DNA of 35,007 nucleotides from Perkinsus olseni (Eukaryota): NCBI GenBank assembly GCA_013115125.1, contig JABANN010000363.1, positions 1 to 35,007 of the forward strand, read 5' to 3'. Shown piece by piece: positions 24,667 to 35,007 of this stretch (position 1 is its first letter; each line of letters starts with the position of its first letter). The notes under the pieces were generated by a model. It saw only the letters and a program-made list of their open reading frames with translations, ran no database searches and was not told where the DNA came from. The position numbers and the translations under genes were made by a program.

Positions 24667-26493
24667 ATGATGGTCATGACGGATGACGTCCATGTGAAGT
24701 CATCAGTGTTTGATAAGTTGTCCAAGTTGGGCGAGAGCAGCAGCAGCCGGCTTCTCCTCAAATCTGCCCTCCCCAGTCGGACGAGTGTTTTCGACGTGGA
24801 CGCTTGCCTCGAGAAGGCTAAGAAGTAGCCTGAGAACTGAAGCAAGGGAGTCGCCGCTCGACTGCTTCTTAGGTGCGAGCTGCTCTCAGCGCCACAGATA
24901 CGGGTATTATGTGAACGATTGAAGGACATCCTCGAGGAAGAGTCCAACGTTTTGCAGTTGCAGCCTCCTGTCACGGTGGTAGGCGATGTCCATGGGTGAG
25001 TTCTCGTCGTGCTGGCCCCGCTTATTGTTGGTCTTGCTGGTCTCAGGCAGTTCCACGATGTTATCGAGTTGCTCACTGTTGGCGGCCCAGTCCCCGACGT
25101 AAATTATCTGTTTCTGGTGAGTCCTTCTCCAGCCGGTTCACCATCACTGTATTGCTGATCGTTCCGCCGCCACTGCGCTTTCAGGGGGACTATGTCGATC
25201 GAGGGTCTTTGAGTGTGGAGACTATCACTCTCCTTTGCTGCATGAAACTGCGCTATCCCGACCGCGTTACTCTACTCAGAGGCAATCATGAGTCCCGCCA
25301 GATAACCCAGGTACTTCATGAACGCTATTCAATGGTAACCTTGCAGATGCCCGGCTGTAGGTTTATGGCTTCTACGCTGAGTGTTCTCTCAAGTACGACG
25401 ACGACCAAAGCGTATGGAAGTCCTTTACTGACATGTTCGACTACCTCCCAGTCGCCGCTGTCATTGGCGGGCGGACTCTAGCGGTAAGAGAGTGTCGAAG
25501 CGGGCATCTAAATCCCTAATTCCCTTCACACAGGTGCACGGAGGACTGTCACCATCAGTGCACACCTTGGACCAGCTCCGTTTGCTCTACCGCTTTTCTG
25601 AGATTCCTCATGAAGGGCCGCTCGCTGATATCGTCTGGTGATGAGTCCCTCTGTCGGGCAGCCCAGCTCGCACTGCTGCCGGTGCTCAGGTCTGATCCGG
25701 ACGGCTCCAGCATGCACGTTCAAAGCAACAGCAAAGGGCCTGTCGTTGTAGAGGTAGGCAGAATCGAAGTCCCTCGGTCGAACGGCCGCCCGTCGTTCTG
25801 TTAGAAACCCAACTCCTCCGTCCGCAGCTACAAGGAGGTTCCTCCGGGCTCCGGGTTTACAGTGTCCCCTCGAGGGGCTGGGTGCGTTAACCAAGTCCGT
25901 AATCGTCTCATCACCTTTCCTCTGCCCTTCTCTTAGATACGTTTTTGGGCATGATGTCACGATAAAGTTCCTTCACACGAACGGCCTGGATCATATGGTT
26001 CGAGCGCACCAGCTGTGCATGCATGTGAGCATGGTCCCGACTATCATCACCCGTCATTGAGAGCTTAGGGCTACCAACTACTCTTCCCTGACCGATGCGT
26101 TTCCACTGTGTGGTCTGCGCCCAATTATTGCTATCGGTTCGGCAACACCGCCAGCGTTATGGAGATCTGTGAAGACGGCAGTCGCAGGTTCAACATCTTC
26201 GGCCCGGTGAGTTTCCTTGTGATGGTAATCACGTCAAAGTCGCTTTAAGGCGCCAGAGAGTGCCCGAGGGGAGGCGGATTCGGAGACCGTTCTCGAGTCT
26301 ATCGCTGCGGATCTAGGCTGTCTGGAGGTGGGCACAGAGGCCTGCGTGAAGGCCGTAGCAGGATACTCAGAAGATGACGATGGCCACTTACTGCAGGTGG
26401 GCCCCTCTGCCTCATCCCTGCTCGCCTGGTTAGTTTTCCTGTATTCAGTCTCCACTGGGATCAGCACGAGTCGCCGAGGAGTACTTTTACTGA
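24667..26493 (+). CDS. PP2A-family Ser/Thr phosphatase catalytic subunit (PP4/PP6/Ppg1-like), multi-exon
   Basis: [81 protein letters not shown]; predicted C-terminus AEEYFY*. Confidence 0.95.
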
Positions 26494-26871
26494 TGAGCTC
26501 AGACGCCACTGCACACAATTGCTCTCGCGTTACCATTCGTTAGCGTTACGTTTGTGCTTCCATCTCCGTATACGATGTTTGTGCTCTACACGTTAATTAC
26601 GGGCCGTTAAGAGTCAGGCTTCCTCCAGAAATAGTCGTTTTTGGGTACCCCTGCTGGCCATCCCACGTCATCTCCCACTGAGGGGGAAATTGTCGAACAG
26701 TCGAAAGATTGGGACAGCGTGAGATGCACGAAGCTCCTCTAGAAGGAATGATTCCCGCGCGAAACATGATGTCCCATAGCCTAGAGCAACCCGACCGTGG
26801 TGCGCCGGCGAAAGAGTACATCATTCTCAGGAAAGGAAACACTTCCCTTCAGTTTTAGTCTGATCACACTA

Positions 26872-28316
26872 ATGGTTTCGCGTGCCGTCGTCAGCCGACT
26901 TTCATCCTGCATTGCATTCACGGCGCTCATGTTCGACCGGGCGGAAGGGATATCGACCCAGGGACCAAGTCGTGATCCTCAAGTTGATACAAGGGTCAGT
27001 CTCGCTAGCCATTCCAACTTTGGAGGGCCTCCTCTGAAGGCACATCCACTTCAAACGCCGTGAGATTCTCTCAGGCCCGAGGTGAACGACAGGCGACCCA
27101 ACAGGTAGCTCACCTCTATGATGAAAGCTCTGAAGCTGATAAACAACATGTGACCAGATTCAGGCCGTGAGCACTTGATATTATTAGCGTTCCTTTTAGT
27201 GTGCTGTCGGCCGCACTGCCGATGGACTCGTGACCTATATTGCACGGGATATGACTAACGCAACGTGAGGAATGGAGACCCCCATAGGGATGGTACGGGT
27301 TGGATCTTCTCAGGTCTGGATTCTTCCTCGATGTTTCCCTGAACGATTGCATCATAAGACGTTTTAAAGGCGCAGAGAATGTGTTCTCCATTGAGGGTCA
27401 GAAGAACGCGTCGAAAGAGCATAAGGCGACAGCGAGAGTTCCCACTCTACAACATCATCTTATGAAGGAGATTTCCGGAATACCGCCATGGGAACGGGAG
27501 ATGCTAAGGCGCGCCAAGGGCGAGTGGAACATTGTCCCGTTCCCTTCTCAATTATCCTTCCCGACAACACCAAGGCCTACTCTCAAGTATTTCGATATTC
27601 CTCACCAAGGCTGCGAGTACGTGCATTTACAAATGCTCAAAATTGACCTTCCCGATCGCAAGACACCACTGGTGGGTTGTAACTACACCTACCGCTACTG
27701 CTGTTGTTCTTGCATTGGGTGTCTGAGATCTTACCTATAGGTCCAGTGGGCTACCTGGGTCACTCTGGATACCCCAGTACCCGAGGAGGGATTCAGAGTC
27801 TCGAGATTGTCCACTAGTCTCGACCGTAGGAACTCTATTTTGCAGAGTCTTCTCCGCTGCATTGACACTTCCGACTGCTGCTGCTGCTGCCCTCTGTTCG
27901 CTAACTGCTGTTATTCAGAGAGATGAAGTTGGAGTTCAGCGAGGATCGTCTGAGGGAGTTGGAGGGTGGTGCCGACCGTGTCATACCCGACCCGACAAGA
28001 CTCTCTGACGAACGCTATATGATTCAATTGTGCAAGAAACAATTCCGAAATTAATTATATCGCACAGAAGGAGGGCATTCCTGAGGCCGATCTCGAATGG
28101 AACGATAACGTCTCTGAGGGCATTGTCATGTGGCTTCTCACAGGCAAGGTGCACCCTATGAAGCCAGACAATCTCAATCATGAGTCCCTACCATACTCTT
28201 GTATCACTTACCAAGATAGTTATGAAGTCCAAGGAGACTGGGTTGACCTCATGCAACAGTTCTTCAGTTTTACTGGCAGAATCATCAAGAACCCTGTGTT
28301 ACGTCGTAATTATTGA
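26872..28316 (+). pseudogene. Decayed lineage-specific gene, possibly for a secreted protein
   Basis: Signal-peptide-like start MVSRAVVSRLSSCIAFTALMFDRAEG and intron-like segments, but the frames do not join. A 4-nt duplication at 28049-28056 breaks an otherwise continuous frame. Confidence 0.4.
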
Positions 28317-28883
28317 TTGGTACAATGGAAATCAGCTCCATCGTGTTGTTGAGTATCCTCATGTTACCCAGTCATAACTCAGTAGTCAGTACTCACTGTT
28401 GTGCCCTGTGATGTGCGGGGCGCTGCCCCTTGGTGATGTTACCCCCGAGCCTTTAAAGAACTGTGTACGAAGTTAATGTCAATGACTATAATGCTATCAG
28501 CATGCAGTCACCAGTGGAGCATCACAATAAGCCTCCGCTCGTATTATCGAACTGTGAAGTCGGTATCGAAAGGGCAGCCAACCTCGCTGAGTCTACGGGT
28601 CGCTGTGATCACATCTTTTGGCCCCTCACTGATGCTCACCAAGGCAACGACTCGGCATCAGACAAACGCGTGGCAATACCTTTTTAGCAATATTAGTTCT
28701 CAAGCATTCTTCCGAAGGGATCATGTGTCCGAAAAAACGCAACGCGTGGATTCCTCAGACAGTGAAGTTCGATATATTATTCCATCTGAGAGGCGGCACT
28801 CGTCTCCACTCAGCCTCCTTCCTAGTCAACAGCACATTCGTAAGCCTGCTCATCATTCGAATCATCTTGGGGAGTCCTTTCCA

Positions 28884-31776
28884 ATGACTGCAAACACTCG
28901 ACACCGACCAGCCGGTAACACGACAGTCCAAGACGATTCGCCGTCCGCTCAATCTTACCAGGAGGACGGGGAAACGGTGAGCTCAGGGCAGCTCCGCTCC
29001 GCCGGGAGTCGGCCGACATCACGCTGAGCAGTCGATTCTGTACGGAGCTCGGTATCAGGGTATCGGGTTTCAAGAAGTGGTGGAGGGAATCAGAGAGGAT
29101 TGGGACGTGACCAAAAGGCAGGTTGGCGTCCTGAAGGAGATCGTCACATCTGGTACCGACAACAGCATCTCTGCGGTAATGGCAAGGCCCACTGCATCAC
29201 AGCCTCATTCGGAACAGCTCAGCTCGCTCATCACCGCTTCTCTCTCGACAGGCGATCTCTGGCGCCCGGCCCTTGTGCAGTCGAGTAGCCCTTGGACTGT
29301 GCATCCTCATGGTGATACCCCTGCTCTCTCCTACAGCCTCCTGGGATAGACTTGTCCACCTCTCGCTAGGGTGTCTTCTATGTCCTGATAACCACACCAT
29401 GGGCCCCCTCGAAAACGACGAAGGGTGCCGAGTCCACTGCGCCTCTACCAATTGCTGAGGCTCCCGACCGTGCCCCCCTAAATGAAGTAAGCCCCGCTCA
29501 TGTGTTCCGTGGGATCCCGTCACTTTCTCCTTTCCCTATACGTATTTGTCTGTCTGGATTGTTTGTTTTAAGGTCGCTCCGCCGGTAGCTGAACCAGCAA
29601 GTACGGTGCCGGAGGAGGGCCCAATAAGTGAGTGATGCCACGTTTTCCCGGCGGGAAGGAGGAGCTTCAATCCGAGTAGAACTCTGCGACATCTCCTCAG
29701 TCTCGAGGATGCTCGACGAGGACAGGCGTATCTTGTTCGAAGCCGCCCAGGCGAGCAGCAATCCAGATGTGCGAGGCGAGATAGTTGGTGAGTTTTGAGG
29801 ATTGTTCATGCCCTTCCCGCTACCTTCACTATATGCTATCATTTCATAATCATAATCACCGCACTTTCCGCTGTGAGTATCTTTCCCGCAGGCAGCCAAG
29901 CGTGTAACGATGTGGCCGGTGGTTCGTGGCTGTCAAAAAAACGGAAAGACATCTCAGCCGGGGGGAATATCATTGATCTTTGTGAGGGCTGTGTTAACGG
30001 CTCTGCCGCCGATGGTCCCAATCCGTAGGTACCGGACCGAAAGGATCCGAGTCGTCTCGGCAGACTGAGGTGAAATGCCAAGTCTGGGATAGCGGTCCTG
30101 TCGACAAGCTCGATGCCGTTCGAGACTACTACTGTCAGTTCGACGGCTCCTGGGCCGAACGACCCGGGCGACGCTCCTTCCTCCAGGCACCGCTTCACGG
30201 GTCACGGCGAGGAAGGAAGATATGATCGACGGGCGTCTGAAGTTGCAAGGGCACTGCCAAATGGCTCGACGAGTAGCGAATTGTGGGGTTCCTGGCCAGT
30301 GTGTCGCGTGGGAGCTATCCCATCTGCCTTGGTTAGGGACTGCGATTCGACACCTACACGGACAGTCCCAATGAGGAGATCGCTAGTCTATGTGAGTCAC
30401 AGCCTACCGCTCACCTCATGCATCACCTCGCTCGTGGACGGTTCAAATTGTTCTTTTAGATACTACCGAGGAAGTGTATTCAGAAGACCAGTAAGGGTCA
30501 TTATCGTCGCTTCAGGGTCGAGGCGGCGGTGAGTTCTTGGTCAGATGCAGCTCAGTACTTGGCTCGGATAAACCTGTTATCATCTTCCGCCCGGCTTTCG
30601 ACAACCATAAGAACGCCTGGTACTCATCCCCTCCCCAGTTGAATCGCCGAGACCCCCGCATTCTCAAGGTACGTCCACTTAGATGCTCTCTCAATCTACA
30701 TCACCATCGCCCTCAGCGGCAGGAGATCAGACCAGGTGAAGCCACGGGCGGATTCCAATGAAAATAGATCGGATCATAGATCATCGCGAGCAGCACCAGT
30801 TGTTCAACCTTCAGGTTCAACTGCTGATCAACTCCAGATCCGACTTGGTAAAGGACGCCATCTTTCGAGTGGCCCATCTCTACCAGCTCGTTGCGCCCGA
30901 TATCATATACCCAGACGGCATCATCAACGCACAGACCGCTACGGTTTGCTTTCGACAGGTCAGCCGCAACGCTCCTCTTCATGGTGATTCCACCGAGCAG
31001 GTCATCTTCCCCGTCCCAGTGGGGCGGCTCTTCATAAACACAATGAAGCCTTGCGGGCCGAGCAGTGTCGTCATCGACTACGGACGGCGTCTCATGGAAC
31101 AGTCCGGATTGCAATCATCATTCCTTCAGAAAAATCGTAGTTATTTTTCATCTCTCCCAGGATGCACCTGAGGGAGCGAATGTTTCAGGTCGGGCGGATC
31201 GTGACTTCAGGATAACCCTCATACAACGGTATCCTTCGTTCAGCAGGCGCATCGCCAATCCTGACGAGGTCCTTCAAAGCCTCGTCTTCAGGTGGGCTGC
31301 TCTAGCGCCATTGGTTAGCAGATCAGGCGGATCAGGTCCAGTGGTGTATCAGTTCGTCGCGTCCCTTTCGCGACGATGATAATAAAGGACCAGATGGAAG
31401 CAGCAGCATCGACGGATCTGCTCATCGGTAGAACAATCATCAACTCAGCTAAGGCAGTCCCGATGCACTGCAGGACCTCACGGTGGAGCACTCTTCTGGA
31501 TGATAGCTCAGCCAGTCTGTGGCCAAGTGATCGAGTTGGGAGCGCGGGGACAGTTTGCCTTACAATATGCCTACTTATCCGGTGAGCGCTCTCGGGGTGG
31601 CCGGACGACGTGCGGGCTTGCCTTGCTTAGTCGTCTTTTCGGACTGCATCCACCGTTGTGATTTGGCAGGTTGGTCTGAGCGACAGTACGCGATGCTCCC
31701 CGACCTAGTCGGCTATGATGACCCGTTATTTGAAGTGCCCGTACAACAGCTCCTCCCCATAGTCATGAACATGTAA
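28884..31776 (+). CDS. Glycosyltransferase family 61-like protein, multi-exon (5' exons may belong to a separate gene)
   Basis: RITLIQRYPSFSRRIANPDEVL; VRRVPFATMIIKDQMEAAASTDLLIG/PHGGALFWMIAQPVCGQVIEL, matching the GT61 Q...D.LIG.HGA.L...F.......VIE pattern; stop at 31776. Upstream exons contain hydrophobic segments. Confidence 0.72.
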
Positions 31777-32175
31777 AGCATCTGTTGTCTTACTTGACTC
31801 AAGAGGACAGCTTGGAGCGCCCGAAACTATGAACTTCGCACCAGTTCAATATGTCCGCACGTTTCTGCCATCGACAAAGTCTATTAGACTAAGCGACAGT
31901 CTCCTAGACTGTCGCTCGTTGACATGCCGTCTGATAAGTCTTGGACAGCCCCTCTAATACGCTGTGTAAGGTACAAGGGGTGGAAGGTGTGTATGAGTCG
32001 GCAGCATGGAGGTCACTGAGCATGTGTTGTTGTCCTGCTCTCGAACGAGACCGTGTGTTGTTCAATAGTAGTTTCCGTTAGCCTGCAAGAGGTTGAAGAG
32101 ATGCTCGCCGTAAGTGAAAACGCAACGTCGCTGGTCTCGGTGATACCAATGCTATCAAATGAAGTTAAAAAAGGG

Positions 32176-32224
32176 AGAAAATCTCTTCGATAGTGACAGT
32201 CTGTCACTATCGAAGAGATTTTCT
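32176..32224. repeat. Perfect palindrome, 24-bp arms, 1-nt spacer
   Basis: agaaaatctcttcgatagtgacag-t-ctgtcactatcgaagagattttct. Confidence 0.95.
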
Positions 32225-32459
32225 GACAGTTGTCACTGACAGACCACGCGACTAATTGCACGAGCGGGGGGTTAATACGTAGGCAACCATAAAGGCATGC
32301 ATACACCGCCGCGATCACGTACCGAGGTCGCACTGTCACTGTGGAGTTGAGAAGTATAGGAACGGCGAGGAGAAAAAGAATCATCCGATGATTGAAGATT
32401 CGCCTACAAGCGCCATTAATGAACTAACCTTCAGTTGAATTCCTCTGTTTGCTCATGGG

Positions 32460-33578
32460 TCAAAAAGACCTTTTCTTGGCGAACCCGATGGACTGCACAT
32501 CATAAGTAAACTGTTGGAAGTATCCCCTGAAGAGAGGGGAGCCTAGAATCCACCCGTAGTGACCTATGTGGACTAGGTCGACGCCGGCGATATCAATCGT
32601 GCACAACCCAGGTTTATCAGCGGCAACTGCGTAATCCCGCCCAGTCACGAACAGCCTTGTAGTTAAACCTTCGGTGTCATCAGCCTTGACGTCGAACCAA
32701 ATTTCCGGTAGTTTGTCGACGTCAGAGCAAGCGATGAGTTTCAAAATATCACCTCCCCTGAACTCAACGAACTTGCTGATGTAGTTCAACAGACTCGTCA
32801 CCTCCTCCACCGGCCCAATAATCACACGAGCACCCGAGTCAAAGAGAACGCGACCTTTCTCGATACCGATGGACTCGGATTCAGAGCCTTCCCGGTAGCC
32901 AACCTCATCGATACTGAGAGTCCATGCTTGGTCGTCACGTTGATGTAGAGTGATGAAAGGAGTGTGCCAAGCTGGGTCGGGATCGCCGCCAACAGTGAGA
33001 TGGCCTACGTCATCGGACGACCTAGGGAAGGTTAATGAGAAGGCTGACCTCCGAATCGCACCACCTGAGCCTCTCACGAGCTGATGAATGAAGGACCGCC
33101 GGGAACGAGCGAATGATGGCTCTCTGCGCAAGCCTGGGATTGGATGAGGAGACTGTTCTCTAGGCTCGTAAGCCTTCACGACACTGAGTTTGTAGTCTTC
33201 AATCTTCAGAGTCTCCGTGCCGATATCGACGTCAAGCTGTGCAGCATGACGAAAATAATAGAAAGTCGTTCCATCAGCAGACCTTCTTGATCCGTTGACC
33301 CAGCTGCTTGGTACACAGGAATTGTTTGGGCAAGTGTAGCAGCCGGCGGCGTAAGTCTGACATGCAGATTCCCCAAACGCATCCTTGTAGAGGACGTAAG
33401 TTTGATCGCCTCCAGTATCAGGAAGAAGCCTCACGGGCTGACCATCGAAGACCAGCTCGACCAGAGAGAGATTTCCGCCCACCCTGATGGGGAAGTCCAC
33501 AACCCCAGGGGGGAGGGCCGCCCTACCGAGGAATAGTCCCGTGAGGAGCAGAATCCGTGCGGTTGAACCGTTGCGCAG
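32460..33578 (-). CDS. Pepsin-like (A1) aspartic protease, intronless; no in-frame ATG, possible pseudogene
   Basis: Catalytic motifs LLPDTGG and VLFDSGA; C-terminal CSDVDKLPEIWF and WILGSPLFRGY. The open frame extends to 33578 and includes the hydrophobic ILLLTGLFLGRAAL. Confidence 0.88.
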   Translation of the reverse strand: MRNGSTARILLLTGLFLGRAALPPGVVDFPIRVGGNLSLVELVFDGQPVRLLPDTGGDQTYVLYKDAFGESACQTYAAGCYTCPNNSCVPSSWVNGSRRSADGTTFYYFRHAAQLDVDIGTETLKIEDYKLSVVKAYEPREQSPHPIPGLRREPSFARSRRSFIHQLVRGSGGAIRRSAFSLTFPRSSDDVGHLTVGGDPDPAWHTPFITLHQRDDQAWTLSIDEVGYREGSESESIGIEKGRVLFDSGARVIIGPVEEVTSLLNYISKFVEFRGGDILKLIACSDVDKLPEIWFDVKADDTEGLTTRLFVTGRDYAVAADKPGLCTIDIAGVDLVHIGHYGWILGSPLFRGYFQQFTYDVQSIGFAKKRSF

Positions 33579-33989
33579 CTAATAGTGCTCCAGTAGCTTG
33601 ACACAGCCCACGGTGGAGGGTGCATCCTGCCAGGGGGTGATGAGATGGCTCGGTTTGTTTTCCCGGCGTGGAAGCATTAGTTGGGCTCACCGCATAATCA
33701 AACGGAGAGCTTGTGGGCAGTATCATCAAGTACGTAAACACATACTGTCAGCAACAGGCGGTCTGCTAGTGAGTCCAGCAGTATTGTAGGCTAGCCTCAA
33801 GTTCGAGCACTCCTTAGTCCGGACTAACGGTATTCTGTCAAATGCCCTGAAACATTAGGGTTGGTGGAGATCCCGCGGAGAACAAACCTTGGCGTGGACT
33901 TGAGGGCTACATTTCTTTACAGAATTCAGAGTTGTGATCTGGTCCAGTTCATCTGGATCTACTCAGCGTTTACTCTGGGCGCGGTGTAG

Positions 33990-34172
33990 TCCAACTGGGG
34001 CAGTGCCAACTCGGGCAGTGGTCAATTCGTACACTTACCAACTGGGACAGGGGCAAGTCGGACACTCGTGTAAAGGTGGTGCCAAGTCGGGCACCTCAAC
34101 TAAGTACCAACTGGGACATTACCGATTGAGACACCACGAAAACGCTCACTCGGACAGTACCAACTCGGTCAC
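33990..34172. repeat. Array of ~10 degenerate CCAACTCGGNCAC-like repeats, probably subterminal repeats of a MULE-type element
   Basis: ccaactggggcagt, ccaactcgggcagt, ccaactgggacag, gcaagtcggacact, ccaagtcgggcac, ccaactgggacat, tcactcggacagt, ccaactcggtcact. Confidence 0.75.
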
Positions 34173-34277
34173 TTACCTGCCCGGCCATATGAGCTTGATT
34201 TTCGCGAACCGTTCGCAAAAATCAAGCTCATATAGCCGTGCGCGCTCCGCGCGCGCCCTCTCTGCGTCCAACTACAT

Positions 34278-34350
34278 TCGCCCATTGCGGGGATCGAACC
34301 CGGATCGCCTACGCGGCAATCCAACGTCTTAACCGCTAGACCAGTAGCAT
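34278..34350 (-). mobile_element. tRNA-derived element (SINE head or pseudo-tRNA)
   Basis: A-box TGGTCTAGCGG (34333-34343), D-stem GTCT/AGAC and B-box GGTTCGATCC (34291-34300) at tRNA spacing. Acceptor and anticodon stems do not pair. Confidence 0.7.
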
Positions 34351-34445
34351 CTTAGTGAGTTTTGCGCTACCTTTAAGCCCATAGCTCCCGGGGTCCATTG
34401 CATAATATTCATTTTTCAACGAAATCTTTTCATTATTCCTCATAA

Positions 34446-35007
34446 AACCTGAATGTTTCTCCCTCAGATACTCTCCTCTTTTCATGTCTAATCTCATCCC
34501 AGATTGGGATCAGCCAATGCCACTTCTGTGGACGTCAAGCACTCAGCCGCCGATTGTGCTTGTATCACTGGGCTGCCTCACTCTATCGTAATCTCTCTGA
34601 CAGGGCTCTCAAAATGGCTCACGCTAAAAATTATTGTCACATCCGTGAGTATTTTGATTGCCTTCGTTCACTGCCCCTTTTACCCCCTGGCCACTTAATG
34701 TGGGGTCTCGAGGCTGTCCGCGCTCTGGGTTCCACCATTACTGCTATTCTTCCTGAGCCCACTAAATCCAACTTCAATAACTTTGTCCGCTACTTTGAGC
34801 GAACTTATGTTGGGTCGGTCTCAAAATTACCCCTATTTGACCCTCACTTATGGTGTCACGCCAACTCCCATGAACGTACCAGTAACCTCTGTGAGGCTTA
34901 TCATCATTCGTTGAATGCATTATGTTGTATAAGGCGCCCCTCCTTCTATCACATAATGACCATAATAGTCGATGGCCTTACTGAGTTTGGCCAGCGTTTC
35001 GCTAGAG
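34446..35007 (+). mobile_element. Mutator-like (MULE) transposase fragment, 5'-truncated, runs off the right edge
   Basis: Open frame absent from the ORF track: RRLCLYHWAASLYR (CxxH), LRSLPLLPP, FVRYFERTYVG, PLFDPHLW, RTSNLCEAYHHSLN (conserved catalytic E region). Confidence 0.88.

Noticed and set aside
33990-34172. CRISPR-like array
   Set aside because: Repeats are short and degenerate, spacing is irregular, and the context is a eukaryotic transposon.
34278-34350. Functional tRNA-Gly(GCC) gene
   Set aside because: Acceptor and anticodon stems do not pair.

Overview
Compact, intron-rich eukaryotic genomic DNA with many ~40-60 nt GT-AG introns and short intergenic gaps. The style suggests the alveolate Perkinsus, which is inference only. 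Genes form two divergent unidirectional clusters around a ~300 nt strand switch at ~18.2-18.5 kb. The minus cluster has a gene fragment at the left edge, a very large coiled-coil gene (~0.9-11.2 kb), a C2H2/Cys-rich membrane protein, a double-AN1/RanBP2 zinc-finger protein ending in CAAX, and a TerD-like/coiled-coil gene. The plus cluster has a TPH-like coiled-coil protein, PTRHD1, STE24, a PP2A-family phosphatase, a decayed secreted-protein gene and a GT61 glycosyltransferase. The right end has an intronless A1 aspartic protease lacking an in-frame ATG, a repeat array, a long hairpin, a tRNA-derived element and a MULE transposase fragment. The most unusual signals are non-coding: repeated solo tRNA T-arm/B-box motifs in introns and a spacer, palindrome-plus-direct-repeat modules in oversized introns, and an intron whose start re-encodes the next exon's first five codons synonymously. 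Exon boundaries were read by eye and gene ends are approximate where stated.
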